From Desulfosoma sp. (GTDB lineage: Bacteria; Desulfobacterota; Syntrophobacteria; Syntrophobacterales; DSM-9756), in the NCBI GenBank assembly GCA_037481835.1, contig JBBFKW010000012.1, positions 78,695 through 142,694 of the forward strand: a DNA stretch of 64,000 nucleotides, written 5' to 3'. The position numbers and the translations under genes were made by a program. How positions within the stretch are numbered: the stretch's first letter is position 1; each line of letters begins with the position of its first letter. The notes below the pieces were generated by a model. That model ran no database searches, was not told the DNA's origin, and saw nothing but the letters and a program-made list of their open reading frames with translations. Of the stretch, positions 10,549 through 21,293 are shown piece by piece.

Positions 10549-11481
10549 CTAGACAATGAGGACCACATCGAGGGCTTCGGCCGCTTCGACGGCCCCTTCG
10601 GTGCGGTCCTGCCCCACCGCAACGCCGATGGTCTCCAGCCCGTAAGCCCGTCCGATGACCGCCGCCCGTCGCGCGGCCCGTTCCACGTCATGGCGATCCG
10701 CCACAACCGAAACCTCCGTCGCTAAGAGCACTTCACGGGTCTTGTCGTGGCGCAGGCGCCCGCGCACCACCAGATCGATCACAATGGCGTCGTCTCGTTC
10801 GGATTCGTTGATCTTCCCTTCTTCGAAAGCGTCTTCCAAGGCGTCGGCAAGCTGTTCGTGGGCAACGACCCGTGCCCGGGAGATGAGCCGCCCAAGGTAA
10901 GCCGCGGCATTTTCCCGCACTTTGCGTTGGAAGTTGTCGCCCTTGAGCTCTCCCACGTCCGTCTTGAGCTTGGCCACATCCTCCTTGAGGATTGCCACAT
11001 CTTCCTTAAGGATCGCCACGTCCTGCTTGAGAACGTCCACGTCTTGTTTGAGAACCGCCACCTCTTGTTTGAGAATGGCGACGTCTTGTTTGAGAACGGC
11101 GACGTCTTCCTTGAGTACAGCCACATCTTCTTTAAGAACGGCTACATCTTCCTTGAGAACGGCCACGTCCTCTTTAAGAACAGCCACGTCTTCCTTGAGA
11201 ACGGCCACATCTTCTTTGAGAACGGTCACATCTTCCTTGAGAACGGTCACGTCCTCTTTAAGAACAGCGACGTCTTCCTTGAGGCCATGGACGTCCCCTT
11301 CGATGCGGTCGACCCGGTCCACAAGGGGCTTGAATTCTTCTTGACGGAACCGCTCAAAAGCTGCGGGCAAAGCCAGAAGTTCTTCCGTGAGGATCAACCG
11401 GCGGAGCTCTTCCTTCCATTCCGGCTGATCCTTTAGGATTCGAATGAGGTCGTGAATCGTATCGATTTGGTAGCCTGACAT
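10549..11481 (-). CDS. hypothetical protein with heptad-repeat coiled coil and C-terminal PD-(D/E)XK-like domain
   Basis: AGGAGGAG RBS before ATG 11481; 17 DVAVLKE-type heptads; C-terminal DLVVRG...LATEVS. Confidence 0.75.
   Translation of the reverse strand: MSGYQIDTIHDLIRILKDQPEWKEELRRLILTEELLALPAAFERFRQEEFKPLVDRVDRIEGDVHGLKEDVAVLKEDVTVLKEDVTVLKEDVAVLKEDVAVLKEDVAVLKEDVAVLKEDVAVLKEDVAVLKQDVAILKQEVAVLKQDVDVLKQDVAILKEDVAILKEDVAKLKTDVGELKGDNFQRKVRENAAAYLGRLISRARVVAHEQLADALEDAFEEGKINESERDDAIVIDLVVRGRLRHDKTREVLLATEVSVVADRHDVERAARRAAVIGRAYGLETIGVAVGQDRTEGAVEAAEALDVVLIV
10939..11295 (-). repeat. intragenic 21-bp tandem repeat, 17 units
   Basis: heptads DVHGLKE through DVGELKG counted in the translation; synonymous variation between units. 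Confidence 0.95.
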
Positions 11482-11554
11482 GACGCTCCTCCTCGCGCTT
11501 TTGCCCATTGATAACACGAGCCGACCCACGAGGAAAGAGTTTCCCATGCCCTGA

Positions 11555-11775
11555 GGAGCTTGTCAGACAACGGGTAGTCCGCCACGTTCGTGTGAGAATC
11601 GAGCGCAAGATCTCAGAAAGTCGGAATTTCTTGGTTTGTTGTGTCGTCACAGCCGGGTGTGTGTTGGGGTGAGCGAAGCGAACCCCAACCTACATGTCGT
11701 CGGCCTAAATCATTAGACAAATTCGTAGGTTGGGGTGAGCGAAGCGAACCCCAACACACATCCCGGACGCGCTCC
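11555..11775. mobile_element. MITE-like element enclosing a REP doublet
   Basis: ends GGAGCTTGTC / GACGCGCTCC, flanked by TGA on both sides; left end resembles the ends of the 62956-63076 element. Confidence 0.5.
11663..11755. repeat. GTAG-family REP doublet
   Basis: gttggggtgagcgaagcgaaccccaacCTAC (11663-11693) and GTAGgttggggtgagcgaagcgaaccccaac (11725-11755). Confidence 0.85.
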
Positions 11776-11813
11776 TGAGGGCGTCATGGACGACGGGGGC
11801 CACGGTCCCGCCC

Positions 11814-13178
11814 TCAAGTGCCGATCTTTTTGGAAAGCACGCGGGCGGCGATGATCACGGGGTCCCACAACGGTGAAAAAGGCGGCGCATACCCCAGATC
11901 CAGTTCGCTCACGTCTTGCGCCGTAAGGCCTCCCGTAATTGCGGCGGCCACCACGTCAATACGCTTTGCCGATCCCGTCTCCCCAACGATTTGTCCGCCC
12001 AGGATTTTTCCTGTCCGTTTCTCCGCCAAAAGCTTCACATGAATCGGGCCGCTTCCCGGAAAGTAGCCGGCCTTGGTTCGGCTCTCGATGGTTTCCGCAA
12101 CATAGTCCCAGCCCAATTCCTGCAGTTCCCTTTCCTGGAGGCCCGTCCGAGCCACTTCCAAGGAGCAGATTTTGGTCACGGCCGTTCCCAGCACGCCGTT
12201 CATCACGGCCCGACCGCCGGCGATATTGGTTCCGGCCACCCTCCCGTGTCGGTTGGCAACGGTTCCCAAGGCCACGTAGAACGGTTTTCCCGTGATGAAG
12301 TGAAAAGATTCGGCGCAGTCGCCCGCGCCCCACACACCCTCGACCGGCGTCGCCATGCGTCGGTCCACGCGAAGAGCCCCCCGCACCCCCAGCGGAATGC
12401 CCGCCTCGACGGCCAGATCCGTGTTGGGCCGAACGCCCAAACCGAGCAAGGCGATGCCCGCGGGATATGTCCCCTTGTCGGTAACGACCGCGGTCAGCAG
12501 GCCGTCTTTCGTTTCAAATCCTTCCAGGGACTCTTCCAAATGGAGGGTCACGCCTTTGGCTCGAAGGGCATCCGCCACAAAGGCCGCCATGTCGGGATCC
12601 AAGGTGGCCATCACCTGAGGGGCTTTCTCGATGAGGCGTACATTCAGGCCCAAGAGCAGAAAGGCTTCGGCCATTTCCAGGCCGATATACCCCCCTCCCA
12701 CCACCACGGCGTGGCGGGGCTTGAGCGTCTCCAGGGCCTTGCGGACCCGAAGGCCGCTTTCCAACGTGTGCACGCCAAAAACGCCCCGGGCGTCGTGACC
12801 GGGCACTTTGGGAATGATGGGCCGAGCCCCTGTGGCGATGAGGAGATCATCGTAGGGTTCCCACCATTGTCGACCCGAATCCAGGTGCACCACGTGGACG
12901 CGCCGAGCCGTCGGGTCCACGGCAATGACTTCATGGCGCGTGCGCACATCGATGTTTTGCCCGGCTTTAAAGGCTTCGGGGGACCGCGCCACGAGCTTTC
13001 GGTCGTCGTCGACAAGCCTGCCGACGTAGTAGGGAATGCCTCATGCGGAATAAGAAGTATGAGGACTCCTTTCGAAGACGAGAATCTCCAAATGGGGATC
13101 CATCCGGCGCGCCACGGATGCGGCGCTCATGCCCGCCGCATCCCCTCCGATCACGACCATCCGTTTGCCTGCCGCCAT
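11814..13178 (-). CDS. selenocysteine-containing FAD-dependent CoA-disulfide reductase/NADH oxidase family protein (454 aa, Sec46)
   Basis: ATG 13178 with GGGAGG RBS; VIGGDAAGMSAAS; SYSA-UGA-GIPYY (UGA 13043-13041) in frame with ORF 11814-12992; GGGYIGLEMAE; YAPPFSP. Confidence 0.88.
13008..13025 (-). promoter_or_regulatory. bacterial SECIS-like hairpin
   Basis: GUCGGCA-GGCU-UGUCGAC, starting 15 nt after the UGA; G-first apical loop. Confidence 0.7.
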
Positions 13179-13503
13179 CCCGTGTCCTCCCAACCTTGTC
13201 ATTTCCTGTTTGCGGCTTCATTTCTCTTTTGATTTTCAAACACTTTGACCCATTCCAAGCCGTGAATTCAAGGGGGGACGACTTTTTTTCAAAATTCGAA
13301 AAAAAGTGCTTGGCTTTTGTCTCAGGACCTGTTACAAGCCTTTTACGTTGATGGGAACCCAGAGGGGGTTCTCAAATTTCAGATTCTTGTACGCACGTTG
13401 CGGTTCGCTCTTTGGTCCCACCGAGTGTCCGGCTTTTCCGCAGGCAACCTCGAGTTCCAAAGCATCACCCGGCATGCAGTACAGAACACAAGGAGTCAGA
13501 TTT

Positions 13504-13704
13504 ATGATGCAGGGTCAAGTGAAGTGGTTTAACGAGAAGAAGGGTTTTGGTTTTATCGAAGCACAAGGCGCCGGGGATGTGTTTGTCCACTATTCCGGTA
13601 TTGAAGGTCGCGGTTTTCGGACCCTGACCGAAGGCGAAACGGTGACGTTCGAAATTTCGGACACTCCGAAGGGCCCCCAGGCCATTAATGTTCGCCGCGC
13701 TTAG
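13504..13704 (+). CDS. cold-shock protein
   Basis: [36 protein letters not shown]. Confidence 0.95.
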   Translation: MMQGQVKWFNEKKGFGFIEAQGAGDVFVHYSGIEGRGFRTLTEGETVTFEISDTPKGPQAINVRRA

Positions 13705-13726
13705 TCCTTTATAAGACGAAACGCCC

Positions 13727-13768
13727 CAACGCCCCGGAAGGCAAGCCCTCCCGGGGCGTTGTTTTTTT
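13727..13768 (+). terminator. intrinsic terminator after csp
   Basis: caacgccccgg...ccggggcgttg followed by T7. Confidence 0.8.
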
Positions 13769-13813
13769 GGACCGCATCCTTTCTCGGCAAGACATGGGGA
13801 AACCACGTTTTTC

Positions 13814-13843
13814 TTGACACTGAAGGGAGCTCATTTTTATAAA
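13814..13843 (+). promoter_or_regulatory. sigma70-type promoter of tRNA gene
   Basis: TTGACA-N18-TATAAA about 20 nt upstream of the tRNA. Confidence 0.6.
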
Positions 13844-13862
13844 CGTTCCCACCTTTGAGCAC

Positions 13863-13938
13863 GGGCCCATAGCTCAGTTGGTAGAGCCACCGGCTCATAA
13901 CCGGTCGGTCCCTGGTTCGAGGCCAGGTGGGCCCACCA
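13863..13938 (+). tRNA. tRNA with CAT anticodon, probably tRNA-Ile2 (lysidine) rather than Met
   Basis: 76-nt cloverleaf, loop CTCATAA, GGTTCGA T-arm, encoded CCA; acceptor GGGCCCA gives C4:G69/C5:G68 TilS-type determinants. Confidence 0.9.
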
Positions 13939-14144
13939 TTTTTTGACCGTGAAAGACGAGAGGCCATGGACGAACCCCATGTGGGACAAGGACGGGGCGG
14001 CTTGAGAGAGGGCCTTAAAGCGAGCTCCTGTGAACGACGGGTGCCGATAGGCCGGGGGGTGTTCCTCATGAGGAACACCCCCTTCGCTTTTCGTGATCCG
14101 CCCTCCCCGATTTTCCCTTATCCCCGCTCGAAAAGGTCTCACCC

Positions 14145-15044
14145 ATGAAGACCCCGGTCACCGTTGCCCATATCATCCAATGGATCGACGAGCTGGCTCC
14201 CTTCCGGTTTGCGGAGAGTTGGGACAATTGCGGCCTTCAGGTGGGCGATCCCCGGGCCGAAGTCTCCCGCGTTCTCGTCGCTCTGGACCCGTCCTTGCAC
14301 ACCGTGCGTGAGGCCGCTCGCAGGGCATGCCAGGTTCTGCTCACCCATCACCCGCTGTTTTCCAAGGCTGTGGCCACCCTGCCCCTGGACCGCCCGCTCG
14401 GCGCCGTGGTTGCCGAAGCCATCCGAAGCAACGTCCATATTGTGTCCGCCCACACCAACCTGGATGCCGCGGCGCTCCATGGAACCAACGACACTCTCGC
14501 GCGGGCCATGGGCTTGGCCATACTGGGCCCTTTGGAAGGAGACCCCGGCACGGTTCAAGACGCCCGCTATGCAGGCTTGGGTCTCTACGGCCTCTTAGCC
14601 GCAGCCTGTTCGGCGCTGGATTTGGCCGAACGCCTGGCACGGCTTGTGGGGATTCAAAGCGTTCGGCTCGTGGGAAACCCCGAACAGCCCGTCCAGAGGG
14701 TCGCCCTGTGTACGGGAAGCGGGATGAGTCTCCTCGGCCGCGCCATCCAAAACGACTGTCACGCTTTCATCACCGGGGACGTGAAATATCACGACGCCCA
14801 AGCGGCTTTGGACCAGGGGATCGTGGTCATCGATATCGGCCACTTCGCCTCCGAAGCCTTCGTGGTCGCCCCTCTGGCCGAAGCCCTTGCGGCTGCAGCC
14901 CGAAGCCGCGGCGCTGTTTTGGAAGTCATGGCGTCCACCGTGGAAAAAGACCCGTTCGTCACGGTGATTTTCAATGCACACAGGAGGGAATGCGTTGCAG
15001 GAGCAATTGAAATATCTGGTGGAACTGCAGATTCTGGAAAATAA
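14145..15044 (+). CDS. Nif3-like dinuclear metal center protein
   Basis: ESWDNCGLQVG, THHPL, HTNLD, TGDVKYH, GHFASE. Confidence 0.9.
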   Translation: MKTPVTVAHIIQWIDELAPFRFAESWDNCGLQVGDPRAEVSRVLVALDPSLHTVREAARRACQVLLTHHPLFSKAVATLPLDRPLGAVVAEAIRSNVHIVSAHTNLDAAALHGTNDTLARAMGLAILGPLEGDPGTVQDARYAGLGLYGLLAAACSALDLAERLARLVGIQSVRLVGNPEQPVQRVALCTGSGMSLLGRAIQNDCHAFITGDVKYHDAQAALDQGIVVIDIGHFASEAFVVAPLAEALAAAARSRGAVLEVMASTVEKDPFVTVIFNAHRRECVAGAIEISGGTADSGK

Positions 15045-15741
15045 GAAGGTGGAACTCCTGCGGCGACGCGAAGAGACGCCGCTCAAGATCGCCGCTCTGG
15101 ACAAGGAATTCGCCGCTTTTGAGAGCGAATATCTCCTGAAAAAGACCGAGCACGACAACGCCGTGCAGTTGCGCCGTGCAGAGGAAAAGGACATCGCGGA
15201 CCTGGAAGCGCGAATTCGGCGCAGCCGGCAAAAAGAACACGAGGTCAAGACCAATCGGGAGTATCATGCCCTGCTGAAGGAAATTCAGGACTTGCAAGAC
15301 GAGATCCGGGCACGTGAAGACCATGTGCTGGAACTTATGGAAAAAATCGAAAAGCTTGCCAAGGAACTGAAAAGCTTGGGCCAGGAGCTGGAAAAGCGCC
15401 GCAAGGAAGTGGAAGAAAAAAAGACGGCCCTGCAACGGGAAAGCGATCAGGTGGAAGACAAGATCGCCCATCTGGAACGCCTTCAAGCTGAAGTCCGCCA
15501 AAAAATCACCCCGTCCCTTTTCAGCAAGTGGGCTACCCTGGCGCAGCGCTACAAAGGGGTGGCCGTGGCGCCGGTCAACAACGGCGTCTGCCAGATCTGC
15601 CACCTGAACATTCCCCCTCAGCGGTTCATCGAACTGCTGCGGGACCAGGACATCCTCACCTGTCCCCATTGCCACCGTTTTATTTATCATCCGGAAAATG
15701 AAGCCTACAAAGCCGTCCACGACGATCTTAAAGACTTTTAG
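14995..15741 (+). CDS. coiled-coil protein with C4 zinc ribbon (DUF164-like)
   Basis: long coiled coil, CQIC...CPHC; GGAGG RBS then TTG; follows nif3. Confidence 0.85.
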   Translation: MQEQLKYLVELQILENKKVELLRRREETPLKIAALDKEFAAFESEYLLKKTEHDNAVQLRRAEEKDIADLEARIRRSRQKEHEVKTNREYHALLKEIQDLQDEIRAREDHVLELMEKIEKLAKELKSLGQELEKRRKEVEEKKTALQRESDQVEDKIAHLERLQAEVRQKITPSLFSKWATLAQRYKGVAVAPVNNGVCQICHLNIPPQRFIELLRDQDILTCPHCHRFIYHPENEAYKAVHDDLKDF

Positions 15742-15884
15742 GGCTTTGAGGCCGCTCCAGGCCCTTCCTCAAGGGCCTTTTCCCTCAGGGGCAAAAGGCT
15801 TGCCATTTCAGGTCCCCTGGACTATTTAGGGACCGCTCAGTTCGTGAAGTCGGGAACGCTATGTGACGCAGAGGAGAGCCGGCC

Positions 15885-16838
15885 ATGGCGACCTATGGTT
15901 TGAAGATCTTTTCGGGCAACAGCAACCTGGAGCTTGCTCAAAAGATCTGTGATTCTCTCGAAATCCCCTTGGGGCGCGCCTTGGTGACCACCTTTAGTGA
16001 CGGGGAAATCCGCGTGGAAGTCGGGGAAAACGTGCGCGGCGCCGATGTTTTCGTCGTGCAGTCGGGAGCTCCCCCCGTGAACGATCACTTGATGGAACTC
16101 CTTGTCATGATCGACGCCCTGAAAAGGGCCTCCGCCCGGCGCATCACCGCTGTCATCCCCTACTACAGCTATTCGCGCCAAGACCGGAAGAACAAGCCTC
16201 GCGTGCCCATCACCGCTCGGCTCGTGGCGGACCTCATCACCAGCGTGGGCACGGACCGCATCCTCACCATGGATCTCCATGCCGGGCAGATTCAGGGTTT
16301 CTTCGACATTCCCGTGGACAATCTTTACGCCTCGCCCATCCTGCTCCCCTACATTCGCGAGCACTTCAACCACAACCTGGTGGTCGTCAGCCCAGACGCG
16401 GGTGGCGTGCCGCGGGCCCGGGCTTACGCCCAAAGGCTCCCTGCGGGTCTGGCGCTGATCGACAAGCGCCGCGTGGACGTCAACCAAGCCGAGGTCATGA
16501 ACATCATCGGGGACGTGGCTGGCAAGACGGCGATTATTTTGGACGACATGGCGGATACGGCCGGCACCTTGGTGGAAGCGACCCGCGCCTTGCTGGATCG
16601 GGGCGCGAGCGAAGTCCACGCGTGCGTCACCCACCCCGTGTTGTCGGGGCCCGCCGTGGAACGGATTGAAAAAAGCGAGCTGAAAAGCCTCGTGGTCACG
16701 GACACGCTGCCGCTTCGACCCCAAGCCGCCCACTGCGACAAGATCAAGGTCGTCTCAGCAGCCCGCTTGTTCAGTCAGGCCATCAAGAGCATCCACAACG
16801 AGGACAGCATCAGCAGTCTTTTCGATATCCAGCATTAG
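15885..16838 (+). CDS. prs: ribose-phosphate pyrophosphokinase
   Basis: [37 protein letters not shown]. Confidence 0.97.
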   Translation: MATYGLKIFSGNSNLELAQKICDSLEIPLGRALVTTFSDGEIRVEVGENVRGADVFVVQSGAPPVNDHLMELLVMIDALKRASARRITAVIPYYSYSRQDRKNKPRVPITARLVADLITSVGTDRILTMDLHAGQIQGFFDIPVDNLYASPILLPYIREHFNHNLVVVSPDAGGVPRARAYAQRLPAGLALIDKRRVDVNQAEVMNIIGDVAGKTAIILDDMADTAGTLVEATRALLDRGASEVHACVTHPVLSGPAVERIEKSELKSLVVTDTLPLRPQAAHCDKIKVVSAARLFSQAIKSIHNEDSISSLFDIQH

Positions 16839-17019
16839 GCCCTCGCCGTAAGGCCATGTTTTCCGAAGGAACGCGAGGATTTCGTCCCCCATTTCGGACA
16901 GGCCGGAACCCCGCGATCCCCAGAAAGATTTGTCTCACGGCTCTCGGGGGAAAAGCCCGGAGCCCCAGGCCTTGCAAAGCCTTGAGAAATCCCACGGTGC
17001 CCGAGCGGGAGGGTGCAGT

Positions 17020-18327
17020 ATGAACTCCGACCGATACCTCTACGGGCTCGACGATCCCCCTCCCCTCGCCCTATCCATCGTTTACGCCGTCCAATGGGCC
17101 GTCATCATCTTCCCGGCCTACGTCATCGCGGCCAAGATCGTCGCCCAAGCCATGGCCCTTCCTGCAAGTTTAGAAGCCCGCTTTCTCCAGGTGACCCTTG
17201 TCTGCTCGGGGCTGGGCACCCTGGTCCAAACTCTATGGGGACACCGGTACCCTCTCGTGGAAGGACCGGCGACGGCCCATCTCCTGACTTTTGTGTCCTT
17301 GAGCCCACTTGGTCTTGGAGCCGTTCAGGGAGCGACTTTGGCCGCAGCGGCCTGCTTGGCCGTCCTCGCCGCCACGGGCGCCGTGAAGCCTCTGTTACGC
17401 CTTTTCACCCCCAACGTGGTGGGCGTGATCTTGATGCTCATCGCCTTTTCTTTGCTCCCCCATCTCATCCCACCCATGCTGGGCCTGGATTCCCGACACG
17501 GGGAGGCGTCCGCCCTCATCCTGGTCGTGAGCCTGGCCTTGATGGTGATCATGGCCGTTTTGGGGCATCGCCTCCGGGGCCTGTGGAAGACGTGCAACAT
17601 GGCGTTGGGACTTCTTTTGGGAACGGTCCTTTTCGCCTTCCTGGGCAGGATCTCGTGGGCCCCCATCCTCGCTTCGCCTTGGCTTTCGCTCCCTCGACCG
17701 TGGTCGCCCTTTTCTCCGCAATGGCACGGAGACGCCTTTATCGCCTTCCTGCTCACCTACGTGGCCATTGCGGTCAACAGCATGGGAAGCATCCAGGGCA
17801 TCGCGGCGGTCACGCAACCCGGCCGGCTTGACGGCGCGCTCCGCCGGGGGCTTTTGACGACCGGGGTCAGCGGGATGGTATGCGCCTTTTTCGGGGTCGT
17901 TGGCACCGTTTCCTATAGCACCGGCCCCGGTGTGGTTTTGGCCAGCCGCGTGGCCAGCCGCTTTCCTCTGGCCTGGTGCGGCCTGCTGGTGACGGCGGCG
18001 GCCTTTTTCCCAAAAGTCGCCGCCGCCCTCACACTGATCCCGTCGGCCGTGGTGGCTTCCGCTTTGTGTGTCGCCATGGCGGGACAGCTGGGCGCCGGCT
18101 TGGCCGTGATCGCCGCCGGAAGGACCTTGGCCGCGCGGGACTATTTCGTGGTGGGCATACCCGTGCTTGTCGGCACGCTCTTGGCCTTCCTGCCTCAGTC
18201 CTTTATAGTATCCCTGTCCGGCATGGGCCGGGTCTTTTTGGGAAACGGCCTGGTTTCAGGGATCGTCCTCGTGATGTTTCTGGAACACGGCGTGTTCGTC
18301 CAACCCAAGAAGGAGTCTTCGCCTTGA
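17020..18327 (+). CDS. uracil-xanthine permease family (NCS2) transporter
   Basis: many TM segments; YGLDDPPP...QW; TRVASR-like signature (SRVASR). Confidence 0.8.
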   Translation: MNSDRYLYGLDDPPPLALSIVYAVQWAVIIFPAYVIAAKIVAQAMALPASLEARFLQVTLVCSGLGTLVQTLWGHRYPLVEGPATAHLLTFVSLSPLGLGAVQGATLAAAACLAVLAATGAVKPLLRLFTPNVVGVILMLIAFSLLPHLIPPMLGLDSRHGEASALILVVSLALMVIMAVLGHRLRGLWKTCNMALGLLLGTVLFAFLGRISWAPILASPWLSLPRPWSPFSPQWHGDAFIAFLLTYVAIAVNSMGSIQGIAAVTQPGRLDGALRRGLLTTGVSGMVCAFFGVVGTVSYSTGPGVVLASRVASRFPLAWCGLLVTAAAFFPKVAAALTLIPSAVVASALCVAMAGQLGAGLAVIAAGRTLAARDYFVVGIPVLVGTLLAFLPQSFIVSLSGMGRVFLGNGLVSGIVLVMFLEHGVFVQPKKESSP

Positions 18328-18791
18328 AAGCGCCTGTGGTCTCGTGCCCTCGATGCGGCGCCCCTGTGGCCGTACAGCGCAACCCCGCCCTCACGGTGGA
18401 CATCATCATCCATCCGGTGCAAAACCCCGCAAGCGTGGTCCTCATCCAACGCCGCCACCCGCCGCTGGGCTGGGCCCTTCCCGGCGGCTTCGTGGACTAC
18501 GGCGAAAGCCTGGAACAGGCGGCTCGACGGGAGGCCAAGGAAGAAACCGGCTTGGATCTGACGGACCTAAGGCAGTTTCGAGCCTATTCCGACCCGGCAC
18601 GCGATCCCCGTCAGCATACCGTCACCGTGGTCTTCTCGGCCCAAGGCTCGGGACAGGCTCATGCCGCGGATGATGCCCGGGATCTCAAAATTTTCCCGCT
18701 GAACGCCCTTCCCGAAAACATGGCGTTCGACCATGGCCGGATTCTCAAAGACTATATTCGTTGGTCGCTTGAAGGGATCCTGCCCTCATGA
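18324..18791 (+). CDS. NUDIX hydrolase
   Basis: [35 protein letters not shown] start overlaps the upstream stop. Confidence 0.9.
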   Translation: MKAPVVSCPRCGAPVAVQRNPALTVDIIIHPVQNPASVVLIQRRHPPLGWALPGGFVDYGESLEQAARREAKEETGLDLTDLRQFRAYSDPARDPRQHTVTVVFSAQGSGQAHAADDARDLKIFPLNALPENMAFDHGRILKDYIRWSLEGILPS

Positions 18792-19609
18792 GCGTCACCC
18801 CCCCTTCCCCCACGACGCCCAACGATCAGGAAAAGGTGGCGTGCGTTTCCGCATGGCTCTATTCGGCCGACGGCCCTGTGGAACGCGTCCGCCAATGGGT
18901 GATCGAGGAAACCCCCGTCACCCTTTATATCAACGAGCAGGAGATCGTGACCCTGCTCTGCGCCGGGCATCACCTCGATGAGCTGGCCGTCGGGTTTGCC
19001 TATGCCGAAGGGTTCTTGGACGGCCCGGAAGATCTGAAAAGCGTCACGGTCGATCGGGAAAACGGCCGCGTTTTTCTTGAGCTCCAAGGGGATGCGCCCC
19101 TCGCGGCACGTTTGTGGAACAGGCGCACCATAACGTCAGGATGCGGCAAAGGAACGGTTTTCTACAACGCCCTCGACGCCCTCTTGGCCCGCCCCATGGA
19201 AAGCGGTCCCCAAATTCCGGCTCGATCGGTCTGGGAGCGCATGGAAGATCTCCATCGGTTGAGTCAAACCTACCGCAGAACTCATGGGGTCCATAACTGC
19301 GCTTTGGCCGACGCCTCGGCCATCCGACTGTTTCGGGACGACATCGGCCGTCACAACGCGGTGGATATGCTCATCGGACACAGCGTGTTGCACGGTGTGG
19401 TTCTGGACGATAAGATGCTCGTCACGACGGGGCGGCTCACATCGGAAATCGTCATCAAGGCCGCAAAGGTCGGCCTTCCCGTGCTGGTGAGCCGCAATAC
19501 GGCGACGACCCTGGCCATTCGTTTGGCGGAAGCGGTGAACATGACGCTCATCGGATACACCAGGGCCGGCAAGTTTACGGTCTACAGCGGCGAGAAGCGT
19601 CTGCGATGA
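18788..19609 (+). CDS. fdhD: formate dehydrogenase accessory sulfurtransferase
   Basis: [33 protein letters not shown]. Confidence 0.92.
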   Translation: MSVTPPSPTTPNDQEKVACVSAWLYSADGPVERVRQWVIEETPVTLYINEQEIVTLLCAGHHLDELAVGFAYAEGFLDGPEDLKSVTVDRENGRVFLELQGDAPLAARLWNRRTITSGCGKGTVFYNALDALLARPMESGPQIPARSVWERMEDLHRLSQTYRRTHGVHNCALADASAIRLFRDDIGRHNAVDMLIGHSVLHGVVLDDKMLVTTGRLTSEIVIKAAKVGLPVLVSRNTATTLAIRLAEAVNMTLIGYTRAGKFTVYSGEKRLR

Positions 19610-20817
19610 AGAAGCCCCCTAGCCGTACGCCAAGGGCCGGCGACGATCCGGAAATTTACCTGGACCATGCCGCCACGAGCTTTCCCAAGCCGAAAGGCGT
19701 TCTCAAGCAGGTCGCATGGGCTGTGGAGGCCTTGGCGTCACCGGGCAGGGGCCATTCCCGAGGGGCCATGGAAGCCGCTGCGGTTCTGGACTCCGCCCGG
19801 CGCAAAGCCGCCCGGTTTTTCGGCATAGCCGATCCGTCGAGACTCGTTTTCACAAAGAGCGCTACGGAAAGCCTCAATGTGGTCCTCAAGGGATTTCTCA
19901 AACGAGGCGACCGCGTGGTCACGACTTCCATGGAACACAATGCCGTCGCCCGACCTCTTTCGCGCCTGGCGGCGACACGGGATGTGCACGTCATCCGCGT
20001 GCCGTGCCGTGCCGACGGATCCCTGGACGAGGACGCTTTCCGCCGCGCCCTGGATCCGCCGCCGGCCTTGGCGGTCTTGATCCACGCCTCCAACGTGAAC
20101 GGCGCCTTGGTGGCCGGACCGGAAGTGCTGGCCCTGTGCCGGAGCCGCGGCGTTCCCGTTCTGCTCGATGCCGCCCAGACGGCAGGACTCCTTTCCATCA
20201 ATGTTGCGGAACATGATCTCGGCATGCTCGCCTGCTCCGGGCACAAGGGGCTCCTCGGACCTCCCGGCGTCGGCCTCCTCTACATCCGCCCCGATTTGGA
20301 CGTGGAACCCCTCATCGACGGGGGCACCGGCAGTCGCTCCGAAGAATGGGTCCAACCTCGGCACATGCCCGATTGCTTCGAAAGCGGGACGCCCAATGTT
20401 CCCGGCATCGCCGGAGTCGCTGCGGGCCTGGAACATCTCGCCTCCATGGGAGTCGATGCGCTGGGTGCCCGCGAACTGGAGCTCGCTCAATATGCGGCCG
20501 AAAACCTGGAAGGGATCGCCGGCGTTCGTGTCTACCGCCCCGCCGTCCGCGGCGGCAACGCGGTTTCTTTTACCGTCGAAGGGATGTCTCCCGTCGATGT
20601 GGCCATGATCTTGGGCGGCTCGGGGATTGCGGTACGAGCCGGGCTCCACTGCGCGCCCTGGGCCCATCAGAGCCTGGGCACCTACCCCGAAGGAACCGTC
20701 CGGCTCTCTCCCGGGTGGTGCACAACCCAGGCCGATGTGGACGCAGCGCTCAGATCCGTTGAGGCTTTGGTCTTGCGCCGGTGCCGTAGAATCCGCGGAA
20801 GGGAAAAGACCTTATGA
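19606..20817 (+). CDS. class V PLP enzyme, cysteine desulfurase/selenocysteine lyase family
   Basis: YLDHAATSFPKP, EHN, DAAQTAG, SGHKGLLGP, RAGLHCAP. Confidence 0.88.
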   Translation: MKKPPSRTPRAGDDPEIYLDHAATSFPKPKGVLKQVAWAVEALASPGRGHSRGAMEAAAVLDSARRKAARFFGIADPSRLVFTKSATESLNVVLKGFLKRGDRVVTTSMEHNAVARPLSRLAATRDVHVIRVPCRADGSLDEDAFRRALDPPPALAVLIHASNVNGALVAGPEVLALCRSRGVPVLLDAAQTAGLLSINVAEHDLGMLACSGHKGLLGPPGVGLLYIRPDLDVEPLIDGGTGSRSEEWVQPRHMPDCFESGTPNVPGIAGVAAGLEHLASMGVDALGARELELAQYAAENLEGIAGVRVYRPAVRGGNAVSFTVEGMSPVDVAMILGGSGIAVRAGLHCAPWAHQSLGTYPEGTVRLSPGWCTTQADVDAALRSVEALVLRRCRRIRGREKTL

Positions 20818-21293
20818 TTCGAAAAGCCCGGATCGGCGATGTCAAAGAGCTGCACAAAATGCTCAACGCCTTCGCCGCCGAAGGAAAACTCCTGCCCCGT
20901 TCGTTGAGCGACCTCTACACGCACATTCGGGAATTCGTTGTCTGGCAATCCCCAGAAAACGGCAAGATTCTCGGCTGCTGCTGCTTGCATATCGTCTGGG
21001 AGGATCTGGCGGAAATCCGTTCCTTGGCTGTCCTGCCGGAGCGACAGGGTCAAGGCATCGGCACCGCTTTGGTGCGCGCGTGTTTGAACGAAGCCCGTGA
21101 CTTGGGCATCTTTCGGGTGTTCGTCCTGACGTACGAGGTGCGGTTTTTCCAAAACTTGGGCTTTCGAGTGACCGACAAGCAGGTGTTTCCCCAAAAAATT
21201 TGGGCGGACTGCCTCCACTGCACCAAGTTTCCCGACTGTGACGAAACAGCCATGGTTTTGGACCTCGCAGACGTCCAGGGGGCGAGTGGATGA
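20814..21293 (+). CDS. GNAT N-acetyltransferase (short ArgA-like)
   Basis: LLPRSL, LAEIRSLAV, QGQGIG, VFVLTY, KIWADC..C. Confidence 0.85.
   Translation: MIRKARIGDVKELHKMLNAFAAEGKLLPRSLSDLYTHIREFVVWQSPENGKILGCCCLHIVWEDLAEIRSLAVLPERQGQGIGTALVRACLNEARDLGIFRVFVLTYEVRFFQNLGFRVTDKQVFPQKIWADCLHCTKFPDCDETAMVLDLADVQGASG

Noticed and set aside
10939..11295. Possible CRISPR array or DGR repeat
   Set aside because: Contiguous 21-bp coding repeats without spacers; no cas or reverse transcriptase gene in the window.
14055..14082. Perfect 28-bp palindrome after the tRNA
   Set aside because: Most simply a terminator or processing hairpin; no further full copy seen.
13863..14144. tRNA-anchored genomic island
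   Set aside because: No integrase and no duplicated tRNA 3' end near either tRNA.
15742..15884. Expected rnpB after nif3 and the zinc-ribbon gene
   Set aside because: Gap too short, and no GAGGAAAGTCC signature.
16839..17019. Possible purine or other riboswitch before the NCS2 permease
   Set aside because: No recognisable aptamer motifs.
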